A model generated the notes under the pieces. The model made no database searches and was not told the DNA's origin. It saw only the letters and a list, made by a program, of their open reading frames with translations. DNA of 64,000 nt from Polyangiales bacterium (GTDB taxonomy: Bacteria > Myxococcota_A > Polyangia > Polyangiales > Polyangiaceae): assembly GCA_038230375.1 (NCBI GenBank), contig JBBRNJ010000047.1:1-64000 (forward strand), read 5' to 3'. Positions 8,350-17,803 of the stretch are shown here, in pieces (position 1 is the first letter of the stretch; the number at the start of each line of letters is the position of its first letter). The position numbers and the translations under genes were made by a program.

Positions 8350-9228
8350 ATGCTGCGAAGAGCCATCCTGGGCCGCTACTACGAGGCGCTGTTTGAAGGA
8401 GATCTCCCGCGCCGATATGTTGGCGCGACATGGGATGAGTATCTCGCGCTGGTGCAGCGGCGGCTGCCCACGGCGTCACCACGCTGGGCGGCAGAAGAGG
8501 CCTCGAGAAATGGACGCGGAGATCTCGGTCGCTACATCGACCGCTTCCCGCAAGAGCGTCCGTGGACGGACCGGACAGGCCTCGACTACCTGGCATCGCG
8601 CTACGCGACCGTTCGCGAGAACCGCAAGCCCGGCGTCGACCTCGGGCGATCGATCGGTCACCGCGACGTGCGCGTAATCGATCTCCAGCGCGCCAACATC
8701 AGCGGGTGGCGCGCCCTCCGCAGCCGCAATCTGAAGTACATGGAGCTCCGCCTCTGCAAGACGGATGAAGCGACCGGCATCGAACCGCGATGCCGCATCG
8801 ACCTGCTCTCGCTCTCCCTGTCTTCGCGTTCGTGCGCGACCGTGATGTGCGAAGGCTCGCGCGCCCGCAGGCTCATCGTTCTTCACAAGGGCGTCTTCGA
8901 TCTGCACTCACTCGAGCGGCAGGATCGGCTCCTTGACCTTGGTGTGTCTGCGGACTCCGTCATTGGCGCGCGGCACCTTCGTTCCAGGTTGCTCAGCCGG
9001 CTCCGCCTGGGTCACCTCACGCTCGACGATGACGTGCTCGAAACGGTGGCCGTGCACAAGGCAACCCTCACGCACCTCGACCTGGACACCACCATCCCAT
9101 TCGCGCCCAGCGACTTGCCACGGCTGCCAGCGCTTCAACAACTCACCGTTCCCGCCTTCGAGGTGCACCGCTCCGCGTGGCTCCGATTCGCGATCAGCTT
9201 CAACGGACACGTCACATTCAACCGCTGA
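8350..9228 (+). CDS. Hypothetical protein with LRR-like C-terminal region
   Basis: SD GGAGG before ATG 8350; LxxLxL-type units (LKYMELRLC, LSRLRLGHL, LTHLDLD, LQQLTVP); paralog at window start. Confidence 0.75.
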   Translation: MLRRAILGRYYEALFEGDLPRRYVGATWDEYLALVQRRLPTASPRWAAEEASRNGRGDLGRYIDRFPQERPWTDRTGLDYLASRYATVRENRKPGVDLGRSIGHRDVRVIDLQRANISGWRALRSRNLKYMELRLCKTDEATGIEPRCRIDLLSLSLSSRSCATVMCEGSRARRLIVLHKGVFDLHSLERQDRLLDLGVSADSVIGARHLRSRLLSRLRLGHLTLDDDVLETVAVHKATLTHLDLDTTIPFAPSDLPRLPALQQLTVPAFEVHRSAWLRFAISFNGHVTFNR

Positions 9229-9233
9229 TCACA
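8910..9233 (+). repeat. Direct repeat copy 2 (copy 1 at 1-324)
   Basis: See copy 1. Confidence 0.95.
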
Positions 9234-9264
9234 CAACATCACCTCGAACGGAGCGCTCGCAGCG

Positions 9265-9948
9265 TCACTTCGTCGGCTTCGACCGCAGCGAGGCGCAGAT
9301 GGCATCCACGACGGGGACCTTGTCCTTCGTGATCGGATCGCGCGTCGCGCATCCGAGTCCCGGTGCCACCGCCCACGATGCGCCCTGCACGAGGACTCCG
9401 CCGCTGGGTGGCTGGAATGCGAAGAAGTAGCCGTTCGCATCGCTTCGATCGAAGATCAGCGTTCCTCCTGTCGTCTGGCCGATGAGCCGCTTCTCGAACG
9501 ATCCATCCTTGACGCTCGTGGCGCTGCGCTCGTTGAGCATGACCTCCGTGTGGTCGGGCAAGTCGAGGAATGCGAACGTACCCGCGGAGCCGCCGCCGGA
9601 CACCACCGCGCCGGAGGCTTTTGTCTTCGTGCCCTTCGGGAACATGACAGTCCCGTTGAATGCGAAGTGTGCAGTGCCGAGCGTGTTGATATCGCGCGTC
9701 TCCCACTTTGAAGTGTCGACACCCGCATCTCCGCTTCCGGCATCGACCGGTCCTGCGTCCGCTGCGACGTTGGCGCTCTCGGAAGGCACCGCGCTGGCGC
9801 TCGCCGGGGCCGCCGCGCTGGCGGTCGGCGGCGTCACGGCAACGGCGCCCGTGTCGACGACGAGCGGTGTGGGGGGCGTGGGCTCATCGCGCTTGCATGC
9901 AGCGCCCGCGAGCAAGATGAGCGTAGCGGTGACAAGAGAGGATCGCAT
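9265..9948 (-). CDS. Hypothetical lipoprotein
   Basis: Hydrophobic signal ending LAGAAC; Pro/Ala linker and DAG spacers. Confidence 0.75.
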   Translation of the reverse strand: MRSSLVTATLILLAGAACKRDEPTPPTPLVVDTGAVAVTPPTASAAAPASASAVPSESANVAADAGPVDAGSGDAGVDTSKWETRDINTLGTAHFAFNGTVMFPKGTKTKASGAVVSGGGSAGTFAFLDLPDHTEVMLNERSATSVKDGSFEKRLIGQTTGGTLIFDRSDANGYFFAFQPPSGGVLVQGASWAVAPGLGCATRDPITKDKVPVVDAICASLRSKPTK

Positions 9949-9963
9949 TGCGCCGAGTATACC

Positions 9964-10866
9964 TCAGTCGCTGAAGGTGAGCTCACCGCCGCATGGGAGG
10001 TCGAGGGTCTCTGGCGGCAGCTCTCCGATTTGAAATCGGTGGGACCCACACCGGACGACCACACGGCCCGGTGACGTGCCGACCAGCCGTCCGTCGACGA
10101 CGATCTTTCGTCCCGGCGGGAGAGGTGTGCTGTCGACGATTCCGGTCTTCGAAGGGTCGCCACTCAGCGCTGGGGCCACCCCCGCGCCGGCACCCGCTGC
10201 GCCCGGCACCGCCGCTGGCTTCTTCGGTGCCGAGGCGCTTGGCGGAGGCTCCGGATTGGACGTGGGAGGCGGAACTGCCTCGACGACGGACTTGAGCGGT
10301 TCGGCGCTTGCGGTGCTCGCGTTGGCCGAGCTCTGCGGCGCGGTCGGCCCCACCTTCGGCGAACGCGCAGTCTCTCGTTGATAGGCGAGCCCACCGCCGA
10401 CGAGCGCGATCCCCGCGAAGAGTACGAAGGCGATCACCTTCACGCGCGATCTCTTCGCCTCGGGCGGAGGGACCGACGCCCGCTCGATCTCTTCGACGCG
10501 TGCGATCGGGACAGGCCGAGGCGGAGGCGCAGCGATCGGCGGCGGCTCATCCGGCGGCTCGATCCGCGGCGGCTCAGGCAGCGCGGCAACTTGTGGAATC
10601 GGGGTCGGCTCTGGTGGCGCCTCTGGCGCGGGGGGTGGGAGAGGGGGCTCGGCGCTCTCCTCGGCCGAAAGCCAGCCTGCGTCCAGGTCGCGGATGGACT
10701 CACGTTCGAGGAATGGGTTCACCTTGGGCGCCAGAGGAGCCGTCCCCTTCGCGGCGGTGGGAACCGGAGGCGGAGGCTTCACGCGCCCCGGCACTCCTGG
10801 TCGCGGCGCCCCGGGCTTCTTCGGGCTGCCAGGCGGCCCCGCCGCGCCGTCGTCTCCCTCCGACAT
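9964..10866 (-). CDS. Pro-rich single-pass membrane protein with PEGA-like C-terminus
   Basis: TM VIAFVLFAGIALVGGGLAY; C-terminal GRKIVVDGRLVGTSP..VRCGSHRFQIG. Confidence 0.8.
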   Translation of the reverse strand: MSEGDDGAAGPPGSPKKPGAPRPGVPGRVKPPPPVPTAAKGTAPLAPKVNPFLERESIRDLDAGWLSAEESAEPPLPPPAPEAPPEPTPIPQVAALPEPPRIEPPDEPPPIAAPPPRPVPIARVEEIERASVPPPEAKRSRVKVIAFVLFAGIALVGGGLAYQRETARSPKVGPTAPQSSANASTASAEPLKSVVEAVPPPTSNPEPPPSASAPKKPAAVPGAAGAGAGVAPALSGDPSKTGIVDSTPLPPGRKIVVDGRLVGTSPGRVVVRCGSHRFQIGELPPETLDLPCGGELTFSD

Positions 10867-10970
10867 GAGCTCCTCGTTCCTCCACCTCGATCGTCGAGTT
10901 GTCGCGTGAGCCTAGCCAACTGGCGGCGCCAGCGAAACAGGTTTTCAGATCCCGTTCACGGCCTTTCCCG

Positions 10971-12023
10971 TCAGAGCGCCTCACTCGAAAGGATCGCGTT
11001 CGCCTCTGCGGCAATGACGAAGACCCCGTGGCCGAATGTCATCGCCGAAGGGGCGCTCGAGAAGTCGGCTTCCCTCGTCCACGTGCGACCGTCTTCCGAG
11101 GAATGGACACAACCATGGCCCTTGTGGCCCGCAGCGAGCAGGAGGACGCCGGATCCATAGCTGAGCGCGCTGGCGACGTCGTCTTCGAGCGGTACGTCGG
11201 CGACCTTGCTCCACGAGGCACCGTCCGCCGAGCGGAAGATGCGCCCTGATGCGGCGGCCATCCAGAACGCGTCCATGGCCCAAAGAAGGGAACGAGCTGT
11301 CTCTCCCTTCAGCGAAAGCACCGCCTGCTTCGACCACTTCGCCCCATCGGTCGACGCGAACACGAAGACATCGGCGTCCTTCTCGTTTCGCCCAGCCGTA
11401 GAACCGATGGCCACGAAGCGCCCGGCTCCAGCCACGACGTGATCTGCATACAGATCCGTCGCGGCGTGTCGAGCCCACGTCGTACCGTCCGCCGACGAGA
11501 ACGACGCGCCACGGCTCGCGAGCAAGACCTTGCCAGGGATCGAGGCGATGTCGATCACGGGACCTGGTGCGTTCGCCTTCGTCCAGGTCTGCGCGTCGGG
11601 GCTCGAGAAGATGTATCCGCTGCCCGCGGCGAAGTACTTGTCCTCTGCGTACGCCACGACCGAGAGCTGCTTCGATGCTCCGATGTCGCGTCTCGTCCAC
11701 GTCGCTCCGTCGGTAGAAGTGACGACGCTCCCCGCATCGCCCACCACGACGAAGACGTCCTTGCCGCGTGCAACGGACCAATAATCGCGTGGGGGCGTGC
11801 CAGGCGGGCCCACGTAACTCCAGCGACTGACGTTCGTCGTTCGCTTCGGCGCGGCCGCGGGTGTCGCGCTCGCTGCGGCGGTGATGACCGATGCAGCGGC
11901 GCTCGACGCTGGCTGCGCCGTTTTCTCTGCGCGCGAGCATGCGGCCAAGGCGAGCGCCATCCCGAGCTCGAACAGCCGCGAGCGAGCAACCCGAGAGATA
12001 TGTCGCCGCTGCAGGCCCATCAA
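10971..12023 (-). CDS. Beta-propeller (BNR/Asp-box repeat) lipoprotein
   Basis: LALAAC lipobox; repeated S-x-D-G-x-T-W motifs (STDGATW, SPDAQTW, SADGTTW, STDGAKW, SEDGRTW). Confidence 0.85.
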   Translation of the reverse strand: MMGLQRRHISRVARSRLFELGMALALAACSRAEKTAQPASSAAASVITAAASATPAAAPKRTTNVSRWSYVGPPGTPPRDYWSVARGKDVFVVVGDAGSVVTSTDGATWTRRDIGASKQLSVVAYAEDKYFAAGSGYIFSSPDAQTWTKANAPGPVIDIASIPGKVLLASRGASFSSADGTTWARHAATDLYADHVVAGAGRFVAIGSTAGRNEKDADVFVFASTDGAKWSKQAVLSLKGETARSLLWAMDAFWMAAASGRIFRSADGASWSKVADVPLEDDVASALSYGSGVLLLAAGHKGHGCVHSSEDGRTWTREADFSSAPSAMTFGHGVFVIAAEANAILSSEAL

Positions 12024-12155
12024 GGATGAAGGTTATCGTGAACAGCAGAAGTGCGCGCGCCTTGTTCGCCGCGACGGAGCGGTCAAGTCAGTTGCCGATA
12101 CGCTGGATCCGCACGCCGTCCGCGATCGTCTGCTCGCCGGCGACGTGGATGTCGC

Positions 12156-12281
12156 CGGCAAGGGCACGCACGTGCCGGTGGCGTCGCAGACACCCGCTGG
12201 ACACGCAAGTCCGACGTGCGGCGTGCTCAGGCAGCCAAGGGCTCCGCATGTGTCGTCCGTGCACGGGTTGTGATCGTCGCA
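12156..12281 (-). pseudogene. Remnant of Cys-rich repeat protein
   Basis: Frame not in the ORF track reads CDDHNPCTDDTCGALGCLSTPHVGLACPAGVCDATGTCVPLP (CDDxNPCTxDxC repeat); no intact start. Confidence 0.6.
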
Positions 12282-12438
12282 ACTCGAAACCGCACCGCAG
12301 GAGGGATGGGCCGCGGCTTCGACGCCCCGTTGTTGGTCTCACCACTGGTTTCACCACGAGATGACGTATCAGGCCCGGTGCACGCACCAACGACGATCGC
12401 GGAAGGTGAGTGCCAGCAGCTCTGCTGTGCCATCGTTC

Positions 12439-13047
12439 TCAGCCCTCCTGTCCGTCGTTGTCGTCGTCTTGCGAAAGGGCTCCCCTCACGAGCCTGTCAA
12501 TGACGGCCTCGGCCGCCTTGCGGGGCAGCCCCGTATCGCGCCTCAGTAGCTTCCAGAGATAGACGTCGGTCGCCGCGACGAGCGCCGTGACGACCTCCTT
12601 GCGACGACGCCCGCGATACGGGGAGAGCGGCGCCGCGAACGCTGCCTGCACCCAGGCGCGGTGGCGCGCACGGCCTTCCTTGGCCGCCTCGGCAAGGCCC
12701 GGAATTCTGTGTTCCTCGGCAAGCATACGAATGACGCGATCGCCAATGCGCTCGTAGTCGTCGTAGACGCGAGCGACCGCCTCGGCCGTAGTCTTCGGCG
12801 GATCGTGCACCTCGCGCACCTCGGTGCCGCGCATCGTGTCGACCACGGCGAGCAGCAAGCCCTCCTTGGTCTGGAACGCGCGCAGCACCGTCTGCACGCT
12901 CACGCCGCTCTTCTTCGCGATGCTCTCCAGCGTGAGGTCCGATGCGGGGTCTTCGAAGAGCGCCTGCGCAACGTGGACAATGCGCCCACGCGTGGCCGCG
13001 GCCTGCTGCCCGCGCTTTGCCATCGAGTACGTCCGGGTCGAATTCAT
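12439..13047 (-). CDS. TetR/AcrR-family regulator
   Basis: TRGRIVHVAQALF...LTLESIAKKSGVSVQTVLRAFQTKEGLL HTH. Confidence 0.92.
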   Translation of the reverse strand: MNSTRTYSMAKRGQQAAATRGRIVHVAQALFEDPASDLTLESIAKKSGVSVQTVLRAFQTKEGLLLAVVDTMRGTEVREVHDPPKTTAEAVARVYDDYERIGDRVIRMLAEEHRIPGLAEAAKEGRARHRAWVQAAFAAPLSPYRGRRRKEVVTALVAATDVYLWKLLRRDTGLPRKAAEAVIDRLVRGALSQDDDNDGQEG

Positions 13048-13100
13048 ATGAATGACAATGACATCAAATATAATTCGCGTCAATACGAGTGACATGAATA
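13048..13100 (-). promoter_or_regulatory. Sigma70-type promoter with candidate TetR operators
   Basis: TTGACG (13083-13078), 17 nt, CATTGT (13060-13055), 7 nt to ATG; AT-rich with two imperfect ATGTCAnT..ATT(G/C)A repeats. Confidence 0.6.
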
Positions 13101-13175
13101 CGCCGCGCGCGGTGAAGGGCGCGCGCATCGCCCCGGCGCCACCCTACAGTACCTCGGATCACCTCTGACGACCGG

Positions 13176-13844
13176 TCAGGGGGTCGCCGCGCAGGTGCCT
13201 TCGTGCCTGGCCATGCGACGACATCGCTCGCGGGCGGACGACTCCGCGGCGGTGTTTCCTCGTGCATGCTCCAGCCGCGCAAGCGCCGCATAGGCCCAGG
13301 CGCTACCGATGAGATCCTTGTCTGCGTACGAGCGCAGCATCATCAGCGCAAGCGGGGCCAGGTCATCCGAGTGTGAGAAGACCTCGGCGGCATCGATGGC
13401 CATGGTCGGGTCATTCGAGTTCTTCACGAAGTCGAGCATCGTCTCTCGTGCGATCGTCTTCTCCTCGGCCGTCGCCGCCGGATCTCGCACGGCGATGAGC
13501 GCGAAGAGGCGGTAGGCGCGCAGAGCTACCGGAATGAAGTCCACATTGGGGTCCTTCCTTCCGTCGGGATGGGTGTGGAAGAAGGTGCCGTTCGCGCCCT
13601 GGGTCGAATGCTGGATGAAGGTCTCCCATCGGCGCATCTGCGTGAGGTCCGTGCGTGCTCTTGCGAAGTCATCGTTCCCTAGGTCCTTCTCGGCCCGCGC
13701 GACATTCTTGACGTCCCGATCCACCTCGAGCCGCGTGACATTCGCACACGCGGTGGCGTCGTTCGCGCCGAGCACGCCGAGCATGCCGAAAATGGCAACG
13801 AGCACGAAGACCCGGAGCGCCCCTGTGTTGTCGAACGTGCTCAT
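13176..13844 (-). CDS. Exported helical (TPR-like) hypothetical protein
   Basis: N-terminal hydrophobic segment; AWAYAALARLEHARGN..AESSARERC helix pair; ATG overlaps upstream TGA. Confidence 0.7.
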   Translation of the reverse strand: MSTFDNTGALRVFVLVAIFGMLGVLGANDATACANVTRLEVDRDVKNVARAEKDLGNDDFARARTDLTQMRRWETFIQHSTQGANGTFFHTHPDGRKDPNVDFIPVALRAYRLFALIAVRDPAATAEEKTIARETMLDFVKNSNDPTMAIDAAEVFSHSDDLAPLALMMLRSYADKDLIGSAWAYAALARLEHARGNTAAESSARERCRRMARHEGTCAATP

Positions 13845-14848
13845 TGGCCGCCTTCCGTGAGGCCGGCCTTCTGGGACCATGTCGCAGCGTGGTCTCCAGC
13901 TGCCGCGTTGTTCCGGATCTGCGGCACACCCGCGGAAACGCGTGTATCGTACATCCAGTTCTGCTCGTGAACGATGGCGGTGGCGCCAGTGGGCGAGTGA
14001 TAGTCCACCACGCTTCCGTACCCTTGAACCGAGTGCAGATTGGGGAAGACTGAGCGCAGGTCCTCCACGGTCTTGTCGCCACCACCCTGGGTGCCCAGGG
14101 TGCTGCACGCAGAAAACATGATGTCCTTCACCTGTGCAGCAGCGTGCGGCATCGCGCGGGCGAGGGCGTGGACGTCTCCGTCCGTGATGCGCTCGGCGTG
14201 GGCGTCGTTCGCTCCGTCATAGAAGGTGCCGGACGCGTGGTGCGCAGAGATGATGACGCGTGAGGGCACCGTGTGGCTGCTGGCTGTACCTTGGCGCTCC
14301 GCCGCTGCCCACGCGATGGCGATGCGCGCGAGCTCGTCGCGGCCTCCCACGCGTGCATTCGCGAGCACGCTCTTGACGTTGGCGGCGGTCCTGGCGTCCG
14401 AGAGCTTGAGAGCATCGACGAACGCACTGCAGCCGTGCGGACTCGAGAGATCGTACGGCACGCCTTGGTACGGGACGACGGCCTCGTGAGACGTTGCCAC
14501 GCGAACGGCATGAACACCGAAGTGCGCAGCCTGCTCCTGCATCGCCTTCCATTCGGCCTCGTTCTGCTTCTGGCCAGAGACGACCGTCTCGTTCATGCCC
14601 ATGTACATCACGTCTCGGTTCGTCCGGTAGCTGGAGAGGTTCTTCTCCAGCACGCCAGCAGGCAGCGAGCTGTCATCGTCCCAGTCGATCTCGGGACTGG
14701 CGCTCCCCGCAGTCACGCGCGAGGCCGGCGCGGCGGAGCGTGAGCTCGAGGTGGTTGCGGTTGGTCCGGACGCGGTCGGAGACGGATGCGAGTCGTCATC
14801 TTGGTCGTGGCGCCGGTAGGGGTCCGAAGAACCGATCGGAGAGGTCAT
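13841..14848 (-). CDS. Hypothetical protein with possible caspase-hemoglobinase-fold His/Cys dyad
   Basis: RVIISAHH and KDIMFSACST motifs ~45 aa apart; low-complexity Ser/Pro-rich N-terminus. Confidence 0.6.
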   Translation of the reverse strand: MTSPIGSSDPYRRHDQDDDSHPSPTASGPTATTSSSRSAAPASRVTAGSASPEIDWDDDSSLPAGVLEKNLSSYRTNRDVMYMGMNETVVSGQKQNEAEWKAMQEQAAHFGVHAVRVATSHEAVVPYQGVPYDLSSPHGCSAFVDALKLSDARTAANVKSVLANARVGGRDELARIAIAWAAAERQGTASSHTVPSRVIISAHHASGTFYDGANDAHAERITDGDVHALARAMPHAAAQVKDIMFSACSTLGTQGGGDKTVEDLRSVFPNLHSVQGYGSVVDYHSPTGATAIVHEQNWMYDTRVSAGVPQIRNNAAAGDHAATWSQKAGLTEGGQ

Positions 14849-14948
14849 GAGAACCCATCGGCCGCCCCGCGGGAGGGTTGCGCTGATTTGTCATTTTCTT
14901 CCAGAACGCTCGCCGGAGCGACGCGATCGACGACAGCGCTGGCTCGGT

Positions 14949-15482
14949 TTACTCGCTCACGCAGCCGTGGGTGACGTCGCCGTTCGCGTCCTCGTTGGTG
15001 AGGTCGACCGGCGAGCACTTCTTCGGCGCCTTGCAGTCCGCGTTGGTCTTGCACGGAACAAGACATGTGAGCGTGTAGTGGTTCTCTCGGAGGTGCTTCT
15101 CGCCCGGCTTGCACTTCGGCGGACTGCAGACCTTGCCCTTGTCCGTACGCCCTGGAACGTCGACGTTGCAGGCGTAGCCGCCCTTGCACTGGCTGTTGGA
15201 GTAGCAGAGCTGCTGGCACTCACCTTCGAAGGCGACCTCCCACGACTTGCACGGGTGCCCCTTGGCGTCGACGTTGGGCGCGCTCGCAGCGGGGCTCGCG
15301 CTCGGCGCTGAGGAAGCAGAGGAGGCGGGGCTCGCAGCACCCGTGGACGCGGCAGCCGTGGACGCGGAAGGGGCCGCCGCGGCACCCCCCTCGGCCTCTG
15401 CGTCGCCTTTCTTCAGTCCCGGACAGGCGACCAGAAAGGACGCCACGAGAATCGAGAATGCTCCAGTCCACGATCGACGCAT
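14949..15482 (-). CDS. Cys-rich lipoprotein
   Basis: FLVAC lipobox, Ala/Ser linker, CYSNSQCKGGYAC and CKTNADC repeats; SD AGGAGG. Confidence 0.8.
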   Translation of the reverse strand: MRRSWTGAFSILVASFLVACPGLKKGDAEAEGGAAAAPSASTAAASTGAASPASSASSAPSASPAASAPNVDAKGHPCKSWEVAFEGECQQLCYSNSQCKGGYACNVDVPGRTDKGKVCSPPKCKPGEKHLRENHYTLTCLVPCKTNADCKAPKKCSPVDLTNEDANGDVTHGCVSE

Positions 15483-15544
15483 GCAACCTCCTTTGGCGCA
15501 CCAATATACCCGGGCGCGAGCGCCATGCCCGCCATAGTGTCGTC

Positions 15545-16603
15545 TCAGATCGCGCCAAGTGCGGTTGCGAACGCGGCTGCCTTCACCGCGTCATTCTTGA
15601 GCGGTGTGCGCGCAGCATTCAGCGTGGTCTGCGCCGGCGCGATGCACTTGACGAACAGCTTTCGCATGCACGCCATCTGTGAGTCCGTGTCCGTGCATCC
15701 TGCATTGATCGTCTCCTGGAAGGAGTAGCTCTTGTTCATGCAGACACCGTAGGACTGCGAGTAGGCCTGCGCCGCCGTCGCGTAACGCGTGTAGTCTGCA
15801 TCTAGCTGCGCCTTCGCCGCGTCAAGGCCGGCCTTGTCGGTGGCGGGGACCGAGACAATCTGGGTGAGCAAGATGGCGCCCGGATCGATCGTCACGTTGG
15901 GCTGCTTGGTCGCCCGCACCTGTCCCATCGTCTTGTTCATCACAGCGGGGTTCAGCGTGTACGTAGGCGGGATCGTGTTCGTGTTCTTGGGATCGCTCGC
16001 GCCGCTGCTGCTGACCACTGGTGGCGTTCCGACGGTGGTTGCAGACGGCCCTTGCACGGCGGTCGCCGCGGTCGGGGGCGCGCTTGCACTCGGGGCCGCC
16101 GCGCAGTTGATCGTCATGCTGATCGACCTGGAGTCGCGGATGCCGGCGTTCCATTGGGTCATGCTGAAGCCGCTGCGCTGGATGGCGGCGCCGATGGTCC
16201 GTGAAGTAGACAATCGGCTGCCGGGGGACGGCCCGCACTGGTTGACCATCTCGGCGTCGGTGAACGGCTGAATCTGCATCGACACATCGGTGTTGTTGAA
16301 CGAGCAGAGCGGGTTCGGCAAGACGTAGCTCCCAAGGGTCACGTCGCCCACGCCCGCGGCGTTGACGATCTGGACATCCACCTCGGAGATCTTGTCGCAG
16401 AACACTCCGCTGTCGGAGTGCGAGACCGACGCGGTGATCATGCGCGAGCCAGTCACAGTCCCGTCCCAGGCGACGTTCACGCTGAAGCTGGTCTGGGAGA
16501 GCGTGAGCGTGACAGGCGCGTCCGCGAGCGCCCTGTCAGAGACGGTAGCAACGGCGGTGGCCAGCGTGAGCCCGGTGAGCGCGAAGCGAAAGCGTTGGTT
16601 CAT
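15545..16603 (-). CDS. Secreted hypothetical protein
   Basis: Signal peptide ending ALA; SD GGAGG; paired Cys. Confidence 0.75.
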   Translation of the reverse strand: MNQRFRFALTGLTLATAVATVSDRALADAPVTLTLSQTSFSVNVAWDGTVTGSRMITASVSHSDSGVFCDKISEVDVQIVNAAGVGDVTLGSYVLPNPLCSFNNTDVSMQIQPFTDAEMVNQCGPSPGSRLSTSRTIGAAIQRSGFSMTQWNAGIRDSRSISMTINCAAAPSASAPPTAATAVQGPSATTVGTPPVVSSSGASDPKNTNTIPPTYTLNPAVMNKTMGQVRATKQPNVTIDPGAILLTQIVSVPATDKAGLDAAKAQLDADYTRYATAAQAYSQSYGVCMNKSYSFQETINAGCTDTDSQMACMRKLFVKCIAPAQTTLNAARTPLKNDAVKAAAFATALGAI

Positions 16604-16727
16604 GATCCTCCAGATACAGGATCCGAAGGGCTCCAGCTACGTTGGTGCATGCCGGACGTCCTTCTTGCCAGTCGCGAAGGTCTTCGTTGAATACAAGAAG
16701 CTTTCGCTCGTCGTACGCTGACTGCCC

Positions 16728-17354
16728 ATGCCTCAATCCCGCCTGTTCGCACTCGGTACCCTTGGCTCCATGATGACGGTCGCTGGTCTCACGTTCGCGC
16801 TGCCTTCCGCGCCTTCTGTGCCGCAGGCGCCGCAGCCGACCCAGCCCATCAAGCCGCCGGCGGTGATCAATGTGCCGCGCACCCTGGACGCCGGCGCGCC
16901 GGTGCGGGTTCCCTGTGAGGTCACCCACTCCGGCGCAGACGGGAACGGCATGCGGACGTGTACGATCTTCATGCAGTTCGATACGGCCACCAAGCAGGGC
17001 GGCATCGTGTTGAAAGGCGTGGCCGGGTATGGGCCGACCGTGACACCGGAGGCCGTCTTCCGGATCGGTCCCACGGTGCCCGCAGCGGGGCCGCTCCCGC
17101 CCACGCTCTACGCGGTCTCGTACCAGGCGATCATCCCGAGCCAGAGCTTGCCGGTGAGCTTCGTGGCATCGAACCTCCCCAATCAACAGTCGCTCCCTGG
17201 GACCGCCACGGTCACGCTCACGAGCGTCGCGCCCAACGGCGCGCCCAGTGGAACGATCCAAGATTATCTGATTCATGGAACGATCGATGCGACGCTGCCC
17301 GCGCTGCCACACACGACCGCGTCTGGCACTGTCACCATCCACGTCACCTTCTGA
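16728..17354 (+). CDS. Secreted hypothetical protein (beta-rich)
   Basis: N-terminal hydrophobic segment; C-terminal IHGTIDATL..GTVTIHVTF. Confidence 0.75.
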   Translation: MPQSRLFALGTLGSMMTVAGLTFALPSAPSVPQAPQPTQPIKPPAVINVPRTLDAGAPVRVPCEVTHSGADGNGMRTCTIFMQFDTATKQGGIVLKGVAGYGPTVTPEAVFRIGPTVPAAGPLPPTLYAVSYQAIIPSQSLPVSFVASNLPNQQSLPGTATVTLTSVAPNGAPSGTIQDYLIHGTIDATLPALPHTTASGTVTIHVTF

Positions 17355-17390
17355 GGACGAGCCGAAGGTGCGACCGCGGCGTCGTGTGGA

Positions 17391-17450
17391 CCTGCGTTCA
17401 CGCCGCCGCGGTGTGAGCCTGCGTTCACGTCGCCGGCTTCACGCCTTCAC
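17391..17450 (+). repeat. Short imperfect tandem repeats (CCTGCGTTCACG(C/T)CGCCG x2, then TTCAC repeats)
   Basis: Seen directly in the intergenic sequence. Confidence 0.6.
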
Positions 17451-17512
17451 TGACGAAGCGATCATGGCTCGTGCGCCGACCTTCGCGCGATGCCCGGACA
17501 TCCGCAGCGCGG

Positions 17513-17794
17513 ATGAGCATTCCGACCGTGGCACGTGGGTTGCGACCTTTCGCGCAGTGGGACTGGGGCGACCTGCGCGTCGCGGGACACGGCGGCTACA
17601 CGACGAACGACGCACGCAAAGGGATCTCGTTCGGCCTGGGCGCCGCCGTTCAGCTACCTTTTTACCTCTACGACGTGCAGCTGGGCATGCGCGTCTCCAA
17701 CACAGTCTCGGAGGGCGGCCGCTTCGGCACATCCGTCCTCTGCGACCTGGATCTGGGCGTCCTCCTCGCTGCCTACGGGGCCAAGGGGAGGTGA
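17513..17794 (+). pseudogene. Probable C-terminal fragment of a beta-rich/outer-membrane-like protein
   Basis: LRPFAQWDWGDLRVAGHGGY..ISFGLGAAVQLP..DLDLGVLL reads as protein but has no signal peptide or plausible N-terminus. Confidence 0.4.
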
Positions 17795-17803
17795 CGACCT
17801 CCC

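Noticed and set aside
17391..17450. CRISPR-like array
   Set aside because: Only two short imperfect repeats, no spacers of regular length, no cas genes
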